A stretch of DNA of 64,000 nt from assembly GCA_951406725.2 (NCBI GenBank), contig OX597815.1, positions 106,082,001 through 106,146,000 of the forward strand, written 5' to 3'. Source of the stretch: Octopus vulgaris. Taxonomy: Eukaryota. Positions within the stretch are counted from its first letter, which is position 1. Every line of letters begins with the position of its first letter. Shown in pieces: positions 42,501 through 57,500 of this stretch. Below the pieces are notes generated by a model. The model saw only the letters and a program-made list of their open reading frames with translations, searched no databases and was not told where the DNA came from. Both the position numbers and the translations under genes were made by a program.

Positions 42501-45500
42501 TTGTACCTGAAGGCAAAGAGGGGAGATGATTGGTTGAAATGCTGTGAGTAGTGATGATGAGGAATGAAAGTAGTTGGGTGGGGGGCACCATTTCGAAAGG
42601 TATGGGATGTAATGTGTGTGATACTGCTTGAAGGTAAATACTGCAGTCACATAGCATCAAAGATAGGGGAGGAAGGAATGTTTGTCAGAGAGAGAGAAAG
42701 GAAGGAGAACAAGGCCTCACACACATACAAGCACATTCAAGTGGTTGTAGGATGATTTTTTTTGTTGTACTGGACAAGTCTTCATGAGCACAGCAAGCAG
42801 CTAGTGATATAGATTTGTACTGTGTATGTAAGTCATTGCTAATTGGTTGAATGGCCTGTGTCAAGTTACTGAAAACTGGGTCTTTGCATTCACTTATACC
42901 ACATTCCTGGCAGTTAACATCTGTGAATTCTCAATACCATTTTCTGTTTTCCAGAGTGAAATTATCAAAGCTTCAAATGAAGTATCTAGAACATTTGATC
43001 TACTTATTTGTTTACAGAATAAATCATATATTAATTTTGGCATTGTTGCTTTGCAGAATTTTTGGAAAATATTGAAAATATGATTTTAATTCCAGGAATT
43101 GCAACAACAAAATCTAATATTTGCGCCTGTAAATACCAGTTGGTGTAAGGTTATGGCAAGGTATGCTGAAATGAAGAATTTCTTACAGGTAATTTCTGCC
43201 TATTGCATCATCATTATCATCACCATCATCATTATCAACATCACCACTGCAATCATTCCCATCATCATCATCACAATTAAGATTGTTGTGGTATTAATGA
43301 GTATGATATTGATTGTGAGTATAGTTGTGGTAAAGTTTTGAGGATAATTCTTGTTGGTCAGTTTCAACAGAGGTATCCAGTATTACAAGCCCCCTGACTG
43401 GATATTTTAACTGGTACCCTTACACTTTCTCTGTATGTGAGAGAGAAAGTTTTCCTGGTGAGTTGGTATAAGGGGAATCAGCTGTTACATAAGCATGTTG
43501 AATTACTTTACAGAAACTATTTGCATGGCTTGATGATAAATAATATTTATATTTTTATGGAAAAATTTTCCAAAATCAAACAACACAAAAGATAAAACAT
43601 TTCAATGAAACATTTTGACAGATTTTAGTGTGACATGTTTTCAGATTCTGGCATCTAAAGTCTCTTCTAAAATATATTGACTTTCCAGTCTGATCAAAAT
43701 TAAATTCAAAACAATCTTTCTTTTCTTTTTAAGGCCTGCTGTGGAGAAATGCAACTTAAATCTGTGCTGCTACATATACAGGAAGATCTAGAATCTTGCT
43801 CTAGATCACTTGGAAACTACTTAGAAAAGAAAAGAATGCAATTTCCCCGTTTCTTCTTTCTATCAAACCCAGTTCTCTTAGCAACGCTAAGTTGTCCGCA
43901 ATCTTTGGAATCGATATTGCCTATTTTGGGGTAATTATTGTTATATTTCCATACCATTAATCTTTGATACCATTTATTATTTATTTTACAGCTGACAATT
44001 CATAGCTAAGTTGTAGGAGTCAGGTAGTAAGCTTCAGTGCCCTGTGTTGACTATTAGAGGGAGATAATAAGTGTCCATTGTCAGTCATTCAGACGAATTT
44101 TAAATGAACAAATTTTTTGGGTCACATTGAGCAAAATTGATTGCTGTTGACTTATATCAGGAATGCCATCACTGGCTATTAAAACAAAAAGGAAGTGAGT
44201 ATTGCATATGCAGATTGTTAGGAGCAATATGGCTTGCAAAACACCTCATTGACACTCCCCATCCAGAGACAGGCATAGGTAAGATAGTTGGTATCAGTAA
44301 AGTCATTGTAGTGTGACCTTTAGTTTGTAGGAGTGTTAGAAGAGAGTAACAGAGATTAGAATTGGGGGTAGTTGTGAATGGTAAAGGGAAGGTAAAAGAA
44401 ATAACTCAGGAAGGAGGTAATGAGTGCTAGTACAAGACAAGTGGAGAGCCACTGTATAATAAATCTGTAGCTAGATTAGATGATGAGTTGAAAAGAGAGA
44501 GAGAGTTTTTTTTTTTAAGCATTCACTTGTTACAAGGTCCTTAGACCACTGAAAACATAAGAGCTACTGGAATAAAATGGATGCTAGACAGAAGTCCATA
44601 GGTGATGGTGAACGTTAGACTTAGAAGACTGGAGGTCATATTGAAGAGGAAAACAAGACGGTGGAAGGAAATTCCAAAGTTCAGAGATGGAGTTAAGAAG
44701 TACATAATGATGGCTACAGTGAGTTGGGGACAAAGGTAGTGGGGCATCAACAACTGATATGAGAGGTTACTCAAAGTGAGTTGATAGTTTTATTTTGTTA
44801 AAGATATCAAACTGTGAAAATAGCATGTGTGTCTGCTCCTTATCTGTTGCATCTCCCTGTTTATCATTTAATTTGACAAAAAACAAGCTATCTAGAAACA
44901 TCAGATTTAGATGTCCTGAGCATTTTGTTTGTTAATGTGATACTCCAAAACTCCAAAATGTCTTGCTTTTCTTCTCTCCAAGTATCTACATTTCTCCAGT
45001 TAAGTCTACATCTGCTTCTTCCCCTGCTTGTTTGATACCATCTACCATCTCATTTCCTTATCATTCATCTCTTTCTAATGCTCATTCACCTTGTCTGTCC
45101 ACTACACAACAAATTTCATTGTACCATACTACCTGTATAATCTGGGATGGCATTAAACCTGTCTAACCCCATCCTTCTCACATATCCATATTCAGTCTCC
45201 ACATACTATCATTCTTACCATTCCACCTCTCTCATCCACTATGGAATCTATGTATAAAGGATTGCATTGAATCTCTTTGTACCCAATACATTCTTCCATC
45301 ACTTGATCTTTCCATTCTCCATTTCTCTCTCACTCTCTCTTTCTCTACTGCCCTCATCACTCTCTTTCTACTATCATACTCTCACTCCACCCAGTTGGCT
45401 TTTCTTTTATCTTCAGTCTCTCTTGTATTCACCATTTCAGTGTATGCTTTGAGTGGAAGAACACAACATAAAGCAGTGAGGACTCTTTAGTCTTGTGGGG

Positions 45501-48500
45501 TACAAGTCAACGTCACTAACCCTGGTGCCACTGAGTACACTCTGTAAAATAATTTGCAACACACAGTAAAGTGAACCTTATAGTTTGGTTGAGGACATAA
45601 CATCTTTAATACTAGTGCCATGATAAAATGTACCAAGTGCACTGTGTAAATTTGTGTCTTTTTTAGGAAGGGCATCCTGTCCTGGAAAGCAAGCCAAAAC
45701 TGCAAGGTGTTAGATGTGTAGGAAAGCAGTATCTTTGAATAAGAACTGACTCATATCATGATAACCTTTTCAACACATACCAGCATAGAAAACATGCATA
45801 AAATCATGATGTTATACAAACACACACATATAGATGCAAGTATGGCTGTATGGATAAGAAGTTTGCTTCACACCCATATGGATTTAGATCCAGTCCCACT
45901 GTGTAACACTTTGGGCAAGCGTCTTTTGCTATAGTCCCAGGCCAATTAGAACTATGTTATTGGATTTGGTAGATGGAAATCGAAAGAAGCTTATTGTGTG
46001 TGTGTTTAAATATGCATGAATTTCATAAAGGTTGTTTAACACACTGTTTCACTATCCACAATATAATATTGTATAAGACCAAATGTGCAGGCTTATCCTA
46101 CAAATATAACAATTATTAATGAAGTTGTGTTGTTGAAGATGGTAAAATATATTTTTTGATTCAGATCTTTATTTAGATATGTCCATGAAATAGAAACTGA
46201 AGTACTTGAAAAAAGAAGAGAAATTTTATCAGAATCTGCAGCTTCAGATATACAATTTGACCAAAATACAGAAATTTTTACAACTGTAAGAAAATATCAC
46301 CCTTTATCTTATTCGTGAAAGCATACTGTCTCCACATGTTCTAAGAGCTGAGTTAAAGGGTTAACAACAAGAAGAGCATCCAACTGTATTACTCTGCCTC
46401 AGGAAACTTACACAGAAAACTTGCCCAGCATGGGGATACTGGATATAAAATTATGATAGTATTTTAATAAGAACTTAATTATATAATTTAATTTAACTTG
46501 ACTACATATTCTAAAATTTAAATTTTTAAATTTATACATTTCATAATGTAGCTAAGTTTTATTCTTTACATGTATAAACTGATGTCTTTTTCACTCACCA
46601 AAAATTCAATATTCAGACATCTTTCATTGCCCAGTTCCTCAGTATGACCTGTGACATTATAAATGCCTATGTGTGTGTGTATAGTCAAATCAAATAATTG
46701 AGCATTAAAAATAACAATAACAAAACAACAAGAGGACCTGTACATGGAATGTATTAATTCAATGCTTGGTAAAACGAGAGGGCGTTTGACATTTTGAGCA
46801 TGGCTCTTAGTCAGAAAGGAAAAGAGTTGGACAGTTTGACAGGAATTGACAAAGCCAAGGGCTGCACCAGGTTCCATAGTCTGTTTTTGCTTTGTACTAG
46901 GTGCTTTTATATCATCATCACCATCATTTAGCATCCATTGTCTATGCTGGCATGAATTGGATGGTTTGACTAGGGCTGGTGAACTGAGGGGCTGCACCAG
47001 ACTCCAGTCTGATTTGACATGGTTTCTATGACTGAATGTCTTTCCTAATGCCAACCACTTTGAGAGTATAATGGGTGCTTTTATGTGCCACCAGCACAGG
47101 TGCCAGTCACGTGGCACCAGTATCTGCCATGACTACAATTTCACTTGGCTTGATGGGACTTCTTCACAAACACAGCATATTACCAAAGGCCTTGGTCATT
47201 TGTCATTGCCTCCTTAGACCCAGTGCTCGGAAGGTGCTTTTTACGTCACCTGCATTGGCCACTTTGCCTCTTTGAGGCCCAATGCTCAGAAGGTGCTTTT
47301 CATATGCCACTGGCATGAGTGCCAGTTATGTGACACTAACAATGGCCACAACTGTGATTTCACTTGGTTTGATGGGTCTTTTCCAACATGGCATATAGAC
47401 AAAGGTCTCAGTCACTAGTCATTGCCTCCATGAGACCCAACATTCAAAGATCATGCTTCACTACCTTGTCCCATGTCTTCCTGGGTCTCCCTCTTCCACA
47501 GCTTCCTTCTACATATATTAATTATCATTTTGATATTCACTGTTTCATACTTGCATGAGTTGGACAGGATTTATTGAAGCAGCTCTTCTACAGCCTACTG
47601 CTCTTCTTATCACCAACTCTCACTTGTTTCCATGCAAGGTAATATTTCCTCATGACTAAACAAGTTTATGCAGTATGACTCTGCTTGTATCACAGTGACA
47701 CCTATTTATAATTATCACTAGATGTCACGACAAAGATGGACACACACACACATACACATCTGTATACTGACTTCTTTCAGTGTCCCTCAACCAAATTCAC
47801 TTACAAGGTTTTGGTTGGCCCAAGGTTATAGTAGAAAACACTTGTCTAAGGTCCATGCTATGAGACTGAACCTACAAACATGAGCTTTACTCATAAGTTT
47901 TACTTAATTCTTAATTTGCTCATAGGTCTTGTTGGTTATAAATTTAGTCTTTAGAATAATCATCATTCTCATTATTGCCAAATTATCAGAGTATTGGGAA
48001 AATACCTTGCAATATTTGCTCTAACTTTTTACTTTCCATTCTTTTGAGGTTGATAAAATATACCAGTCAAAGTATTTGTGGTCGATATAATTAGCTAATA
48101 TCCTCCTCCTTTTCCTGAAATTAGTCTTATGCCAAAGTTTGAAATCATTTTTTATTTTTTGAAGCCTGAATTAAGTCAAGAAATCAAACTGAGAGAAACT
48201 GCTGAAATACAAATGATAGCTGTAAAAAGTGTTGATGGGGAAAAATTATTATTAAATAAAAAGGTACTTATTTATATTTTTATATGTATACATACACACA
48301 CACACATACACACCACTCACACAGAAACACATATGCATACACACATGTATGTATGCATTTTTCATTGTTTAACTTTAACTGAACAGACTTGAGATCAAAG
48401 CATTCCATCCATGACTATCCTATCTTATTTTCAGGCAATGAATAGGTTATTCAGTGTGTATTCCCTTTTTTAAAATAAAGTTTGTTTGAGAACAATTTAT

Positions 48501-48516
48501 CCTCTATTTCCAGCAA

Positions 48517-48585
<69 letters not shown>

Positions 48586-51500
48586 ATATAGTTTCATATA
48601 TTTACTTTATTCTTTTGAATTTTTCTCATAAAGTGACAGTTACTTAACTAAACACCAGAGCTGCATTTTTGGCATTTATACATCAACATTCATTAAATCT
48701 TGCATATTTTCACTGTTCCACCTACTGATTGAATTTTCAAAATACAGATTAGATAACGCTTTCCTTTGCTTGAAAATTTCAACTTTTTAATATAATTAGT
48801 TGAACATTTAGAAACATAGCCAGGTGCACTAATAATTATTAGTCCAAATATATATATTTGTCAATTGTACAGGAAAGCTGTAGGTTTGATTTTGAATAAA
48901 TGTTCACATCTGCTTGACAATTGACCCCCACAACAGTACATGATTGTTTTTATATTCCAAACAACTATATTAGGCCAGTTGTGTTTGTAAGCAGAGGCTT
49001 TGATGACAATGCCCCACCAATATTCTTAGCATTGCAATTTATAAAATAATCAACATGGAAATTGTTTTTATATTTACTCCCTGTTAACCTTTTCTATGGA
49101 TGGCATTGTATATTGTTTAAACAAGATGGTGATATCACATAGAAAGGTTTTTACTTTTGTGATGTCTTGGGATAATTGCTGATTATATGTATATTTTCCA
49201 TAGAAACATGATTCAACACTTTTGTTGACAATTTAAGGATTTAACGTCTCTTTTGTTTATCAGATATTTTGTATCTATTTCTTTGTAACCTTTATACGGT
49301 GGTGTATTGAAGCAATCATTCTCAAATTTACAGTTGCAATACTCTTGATAAAGCTATTCCTTCTAGCAGTTCTAGGATCACATGATATATTATTAGTCAT
49401 TTCTTAAGCAATTTATTCAAAACACAAAATGTTCCTCTCTCTTTCCCTTCCCTCTAAGCACTTGGTTACTGCATTTGTTTTACTGCTGTTATTTAACAGA
49501 TGTTGCTTCAGTGATACCATATGACATTCAAAAGCTGTCTTGACTGATCTTATGCCTCTTCTTCCATTTCCAATTCATGTTAGACTCTTATAAGTTTGGT
49601 GTCAATGGAATAGGTTTCTTCTTCAGTCAGGTACAACATCCCAAATATTGATATAAGCACTGGTAATGTATATCAATACATTACCAGTGTAATGTATTGT
49701 AGGATATTGCCTTGTAAGAAGAAAGCATTGTCACATTTCTCAAGCCTAGTTTAATCATTTTTATTTATTGATTCATCAATATTAAAGTTAAATTTTCCCA
49801 CTCTGATCTATTAGGCATAAACATTTTCGTGGATTAAATTCAATCTATATATCAGACTAGCAGAGATAACCTGGCATTGCTTGCAATTAAACTGGTATAG
49901 TCTGTATATACATATTACAGTTATGTTGAAACAGGTGATATGGGAAAGTGCACCATTGACAACAAAACATTTGTGGAGTAAATGATGGTCTAATTCAACT
50001 AAGCGACATGTAATACATCTGTTTGGAGGATTCCATGCCCTAACCTACTATGGAAAAGTGCAGTAATGAATTACTTGAAAAAATAAAGCATAATGGCTTA
50101 CCACATGGAAAGTATATAGTATGTCTGTATTTTTGTATGCAGTATAAATTAATGAAATATTAGCAAATGATACATTCATGCATGTTCTCAGTCGTCACAT
50201 ATGTATATGTATGTGTACATGTGTGTGTGTATTTAATAACATACCATTACATATGAATATGTATGTGTACATGTGTGTATGTTTAATAATGTACCTAACG
50301 CAGAAAGACATACACACTCGTGCACTTACATACACTCAAAGACAGATACACAGTCATATACAAAATGTGATGTAGCTGTCATTGTGGTATAAAATGTCCT
50401 GTTGACAATAGAAAGATTATCTCTATGAAATGTTAGATTATTTTAATCAAAACGAAAATAATGGAAATGAAAATAAAATTTTATATTGACACTGACCAGC
50501 CCTCACATACATAGATGTATTTAATAACATAACTAACATGGAGAGACACACACACTGTGAGACATATGCATACTCATACATTCGCACACACACATTCACA
50601 GATAGACACAGTCGTATACGAAATGTGATGTCATCGTAGTCAGTCGTCACATATGTATATGTATGTGTAGATGTGTGTGCTTAATAACATACCTAACACA
50701 GAAAGACACACACACACTATGAGACATATACACACACATACGCATACACTCACAGACAGACACACAGTCATATACAAAATGTGATGCTTTTGTCGTAATG
50801 GTATAAAATGTCCTGTTGACAGTAGAAAGATTGCAGCATGGAAAATGTTTGTAAGCCATTCAAAAACACACGAAAACTGTTAGTTTCACTTCAGCACTTA
50901 AATTTCATTTGTGTCAAAATATTTTCGTTGCTTTGAAACCACAGCCTGTTCACTGACAAAACTTTGTGTTGCATCTGAGAAAGTAACTGTTAGTTCATGA
51001 GATATGTGTTTATGTATGTAGGTAAGTATGTATGTTTGTGTGTGTGTGTTTATATGTGTATGTATGCATGTATGTATATGTGTGAATGCACATGCATCAT
51101 ATATGCATATATGTATGTATGTATGTACTATGTATTCCAGTACAACCTTTTCCATGGTAAGGTCATCGGCGACTAAACTGGCAACTCCACCAGGCTTGCT
51201 TGGTGAGGTGGGTGCTTGTTGAACACCCTGCAGGACAAAAGATAAGACCCATAAAAGGGCAGAGGAACTACAACGAGGTCAACGGCCATTCAACTACATG
51301 TTTTTGGAATGCGTGTATTGTATATATTGCATTTTAAACTCTGTGTGTATTGTATATATTGTATTTCTGCATGTGTGTGTACATATTGTATATTGTGTTT
51401 TTAAATTGTATATATTGTATGTCAGTTTTATTTTTAATTTTACTTAGTTTTATCTCAATTTTTAATTTGTATTTATTTCTCTTATTTCAGGTTTTGTTTT

Positions 51501-54500
51501 TTAATAAATAGATGAGGGGTAGATAGAGCTCCTTTGTTTACCCAAGCCATGGTGAAGGCAGTCTATCTAGGAGAAAGTAACTCTGAATTCAAATACTTCA
51601 CTGCTGTAGTTAGCCTTTGTTTGGGCAAAGACTGGGAGAAAGACACTCTGATATAAAACCTGCAACTGCAAATGCACCCAATGATGTTAACTTGCTTTCT
51701 TTTTGGGGATCATGCTTTGTAGTTTAGAGAGTGGGAATGGTTGCTGTGCAAAACTTTTCCTCACTTTAAAAAGTGTCAAGCACAGGTATTGCTGGAGAGG
51801 AAAAGAAATGGACATCTTGTATGTACATGGCTGGCCGAAGCTTAGAAAGCCACATCTAAACAATGAAAGTTTATATTGATAGTGAATCAAATGGCAAAAA
51901 GGGCTCTGGAACATTTTGTTCTGTGGTCTGGCCCAGCAGGTGTCCTAGGGCACTACAGCCTGGATCTGGTCCAGTAAATTCGAGTAAATTCAGCTGTGAG
52001 TAAATTCAAGTTAAGATGCAAGCCTATGAATATAAGATGTTGGAATGTTCGAATGTTATTAGACAATGATTGTCTGAAATCTTGTCCAATGAGAAGATCC
52101 ACACTTGTTGCAAAAGAATTAAGCAATAGGATATGAATGTTGTAGCGTTAGCCAAAACAAGAATTCATGGAAAGGGGAATTTCATAGAGAAATTTGCTTG
52201 GTATCATTTATTTTGGAGCGGTAGAGAGGAGACCTATAAAGGAGAATCAGGAGTGGGATTTGCTATCAAAACCACTCTGGCTTCAAAACTTGAGGAACTA
52301 CCATGTGGTCATTCGGATCATTTAATGTCTTTAAGACTTCCATTAAGAAATGGTTGCTATGCAACACTCATAAGTGCATATGCTCCAACTTTGAATTCAT
52401 CAGAGGATGATAAACTTGCCTTCTATCTATCATTGCAGAGATTATACGCCATATCCCCCATGATGACAAAGTTGTCATTTTGGGTGATTTCAATGCTCGC
52501 ATTGGTAGATTGGGAGACCTAGGAAAGCATGGGGTTGGGAGTTCCAACAGTAATGGTTTGCTACTGTTACAAATGTGCATAGAGATGGAATTGTGTGTCA
52601 TGAATACAATGTTTCAACTAATGAATAAGTATAAAACAACATGGATGTACCCTGGTTCTAAGAAATGGCATCTTATAGATTACATCCTCACCAGGAAACG
52701 AGATACTATGGACTTTGTTGTTGTAAGAGTGATGCATGGTGCAGAGTGCTGGACTGATCATTGGCTTTTGCGTGCCAAGGTGAATTTTGTTGTCAAGCCT
52801 AAGGTTAGAGCAAATAATGACAAATTACCTAAACGGATTGATGTCAATAAACTGAAGATTCTGTCAGTATGCAGTGAGTTTGTGAGTGAGATAAATAAGT
52901 TGTCCTGTGATGGAAGCTGGAAGTCATTCAAAGAAAGAGTGTACAAGATTTGTAATAACATTCTTGGCTTTGTTGTAAAAAAACACCAAGATTGGTTTGA
53001 TGATAAAGATGAAGAAGTTAATCTTATCTTAGAGGAAAAGCGAAAAGCATTTAACATATTGCAAAATGTTGACATGTCAACAAACAGAACAGGGGCTACA
53101 TATTTCAAGGCAGTAAAAGCAACAGTGCAGAGGAAACTACGAATGATTCCGGAAAATTAGTGGAGTGATAGATGTGATGAAATCCAAGAAGCTTCAAATG
53201 TTAACAATTCCAAACTTTTTTACTCTCTCTTGAAAAAAGTTTATTGACCAGTTTCATCAAAGGTTTTGCCACTTCGGAGCAAGGATGGCACAGAATTATT
53301 AACCAATCCTAAAGATATTGTTGTGAGATGGAAAGAACATTTTGATGAGTTGCTCAATAGATCCACTGAAGTTGATCTCTCTTTTTATGATAATATACCC
53401 AAGAGACCAATAAAACATCTTATAGCAGAAGTTCCAAACCTGGCTGAAATAAAAGCAGCAATCAGAAATTTGAACAATGGAAAGGCCCCTGGTATGGATG
53501 GACTTGGTGCAGAGATATATAAATACAGTGGTGATCATCTTTGTGTAATGTTGATGGATGTGATTCAGATGGTTTGGCAAAGTGAAGAGGTTCTCCGGAT
53601 TGGCGTGATGCAACTATGGAGGTACTATATAATCTAAAGATGGAAAGGATGTCTGTGATAATTATCGTGGAATCTGTCTGTTAGCTGTTGCTGGAAAGGT
53701 CCTCTGTAGGGTAATGTTGGATAGATTGCTTCTGCACATTGCTGATGATGTTCTACCAGAATCGCAATATGGGTTTAGGGATAGTAGGAGTATTATGGAT
53801 ATGATATTTTTGGCTAGACAGTTGCAAGAGAAGTGCATCGAACAGGATATGGACTTATACCAGGTTTTCATTGACCTAACAAAAGCGTTTGATTATATCA
53901 ACAGAATAGCACTTTGGGAGATCCTGAAAAAGCTAGGATGCCTTGAAAAATTTGTGAGAATGCTTAGACAATTTCATGACAAGATGGAAGTGAGAGTTAA
54001 TGTTGGAGGTACCTTATCAGATCCAATTTCGTAGAAAATGGTGTAAAGCAAGGTGATATTCCTGCTCGTACACTTTTTGCTATATATTTGCAATAGTCTT
54101 TCAAATAGCTTTTGAAGATTGCCCTGAAGGGGTCAATAAGATATAGGACAACAGGGAAACTGTTCAATCTCAAAAGACTCTATCAGTAATATATACCGAG
54201 CCATATGTTTATCTGTCTATTTATCCATATATTTGTCTATCTTTGTCTAAATATTTTCTGTGTATAGGTTCCTGTATGCCATAGCGTGGAATGGTGGCTT
54301 AATGAATTGAAGCATACTATTCATGATACAATTGGTAAGATGAGTCTTAATGCCATCCAAGAAATTACTCAAGCTACAAATCTTGAAGAATTCATTGCTA
54401 AGGTAAATGGTTTTAAATAGGTGTGTGTGTGTGTGTGTATAGTAACATAGTAGTTTGAAACCTTGCTACTGAGATAAATATGAGCACTAAATGTATATAC

Positions 54501-57500
54501 TACTTTCTGTGAGTGCAGATTGTTCGTACTTGTGTCATATACAAGAGGCAGCGTCTATGCTGTTTGCACCACTCATACAATATGCATAGACTGAACCTTG
54601 AGAGGAGATGACAAAGAACCAAGGAGCTTAGTGATATGCTATACTTGAGATGACCACAGATCACAACATATATGAGCTTCTAAAAGCATTGTGCATATGC
54701 ACACGACTATGTCCATGCCTAATTTGTCCCTATCAAGCCTTCGCCACCATCTCACCCCACTTTAACTTATCCCTCCATCACTTTTCTAATCTACTGAGTT
54801 ATTTTGTTGTTGCAATTGAATGAAAGTTGAACATGTTTCATCCTCTTTCTGTGATACCAGTTAACTCTTTCTTTGCCTAGAACCACTTCCTTGTGGCATT
54901 CATCCCTCATTCATATCATCTTTCCCATCTCTTAGTTTCCACCGATCACCCTTCTTTTCTGTGCAACCAGTTATCTCTCCCTGTCCCTGAATGACAGCCT
55001 GTTGACACTCATACCTCATTCTTTATGTCGTCTTATATCTACCATTAGCCACCATCTCTCACCTTTCTTCACCATTCTGTTTATCCCTATCACTATCCAT
55101 CTCTCATTCCCTCTTCCCTCTCTCTCTCCCCCCACACTTTTGTTGCTTTTATCAAATCCTCCACTTCCGTCATCTCCTTGTCTAACATCCTTATTCAATC
55201 TATAATTATTTTATTATTCTGCTGCTCTTCATCCTCAACTACCACCTTTGTTTACCATTCACTACATTCATTCCTACCTTCATCTTTCACTCTCATCTGA
55301 CATTCATGCAAACTTTACCCACTCTGAAATAATGCATTACAATTAGCCTCTCTACTATAGTCCCTCTCAGTCAAAGGGATTTTTAGTCTTGTAAGTTACA
55401 TGACATCCTCACTATTGTTGGTGCCATGTAAGAAATACTCAGTATGCTTTATAATGTATTGGCATTAAGAAAAGCAGCCAGCTGTAGAAAGTGTACCAAA
55501 GTAGACATTGGTGCTCAATACAGTCCTCTGATTCCTCAGATCTTGTTGAATTGTTTAACCCTTGCCTGCATAAAAGACAGACATTAAATGAAGATGATAT
55601 ATATGTGTGTATATATATATATGAATTTTTTTATTACTACAGTATCCAACTCAAATATGTCAACTTGGTGTCCTATATTTATGGTCCAGAGAAGTAGAGA
55701 AAGGAATTATGGAAGTGAAGCATGAACGCAAAGCTTTGTTTAACACCTACAAAAAGTTTTGTACCACTTATAGCAAGATCTTGACATTGTTCAGTCGTTC
55801 CTTTTCAAAAAGTTCTTGTGACACCAAATCTACACATATACGAATCAGATATGAAAAGATTGTAACAGTAAGTAAAAGATATTTATGAGGGTTTGCTGAA
55901 AAGTTCTTGGCTCATATTTAGCTGAAAATGATACAATTTTACATTCTGTATTCACTTTGAAAGTCAAGAGTCATTACAGTCAACTGTATCCTTCCACCAA
56001 ATTTGTGGCTGAGCCTCAGTTTTAGAAATTTTCCTTTTAATATGCATTGCCATTGTCATTCAGGGAGCAGATAAAGTATAGTACTGGAATCAATTTCATC
56101 GGTTGTTTCTACCTGCCAAAATTGTGACCTTGTGCATTATCTAGAAGTCCTCAGTATTATTTAAGGGAGAGACCCAGGAATACATGGGACAATGCAGTGA
56201 GACAGTACCTTCAGACTTTGGGCCTCACAAAGGAGATGACAAGGGACTGAGACTGCTGGCTGTTTGCTGTGTATGAGAATACATGTCAAGCTACATGGTC
56301 ATACATACAGGCGTACTCTTTATGTCCCTCTCTCAACTGAGAGGTCCTAGTTTTTGGGAGCTTGTGGGTGCTGATGCTATGTAAAAGCACTCATGCTGGT
56401 GCCATGTAAAAGCACTCATGACAGTACCATGTAAAAGCACCTGTGTTAGTGCCACATAAAAGCACTTTGTACACTCTGTAGAGTAGTTGGCATTAGGAAA
56501 GGCATCCAGCCATAGAAACCATGCCAAAACAGACAAAATATGCCAGTATAAAGAACGACACTTTATGATGATGTTTGAGTATCAGAAGAATACTTTGTAA
56601 CTCTCATTCTAGCTTTTTATGTTGTGAGTTTAAATCCCATTAAGACTAACTTTGCTTTACATCCCTTCAGGATCAATAAAATATAGTAGCAGTCAAGTAT
56701 ATGACTAACCCCTATTCCTTAAAATTGCTGACCTTGTGTAAATTGGATACAATTGTTGCTATCATTGCTGTTCTTTTACTTTGCCAAGACTCGCTTCATA
56801 TTACTCATCTGATTACACACTGAGCGGGATTTTTTGCTTGAACTGCATTTATAGCAAGTAGGTATTTATTACTGATAGTTTTTTTCTCTTCATTTGAGGA
56901 GAAAAAACAAGAATTTAATTCACCAATTTTTTATTCACTGTCTGGCATTTCAAACATAGTGACAAAAACGGTATTTCCAGAACTTCAACAAAAAAGAAAA
57001 ACAAGTCATAAACACGATAACATAAATATTTGATCTTTACATAATAAGCAGGAAGAAGTGAGGTTTTCACTGGAAAGCACAACTCATATCATGCCAAACA
57101 CAAACAGTATATTACAAAATCTAGCAGAAAAATAGCAACAAAAATTTCTTAGCAAGGAAATTTTGAATATGTGGTAACTTGTGAAATAAAGGATGATATG
57201 ACACAAAATATGTGACCGAATCAAATACTTCCTAACTTGTGTCAGTTATCCAGAAGTGAGGGAGGAGGAGAGTAAGCAATTTCTGTTTCAAAAATGCAGG
57301 AAATTTTTCATTTGCTCTCAAAGAATCTTTTAAAGAAGGTCCAAGTCAGTATATGTTGTTTCTATCACCTGTGTATTGGAGTATCTACTTGGTTTTCAAG
57401 ACTGAAGGTGAGATGAAGCAAAAAACAAAGTAGTGTGAAACACACCTGCCCCAAGACTCAGATCACAATACATTGGCCAGTGCATGCAAGAGTAACAGTC

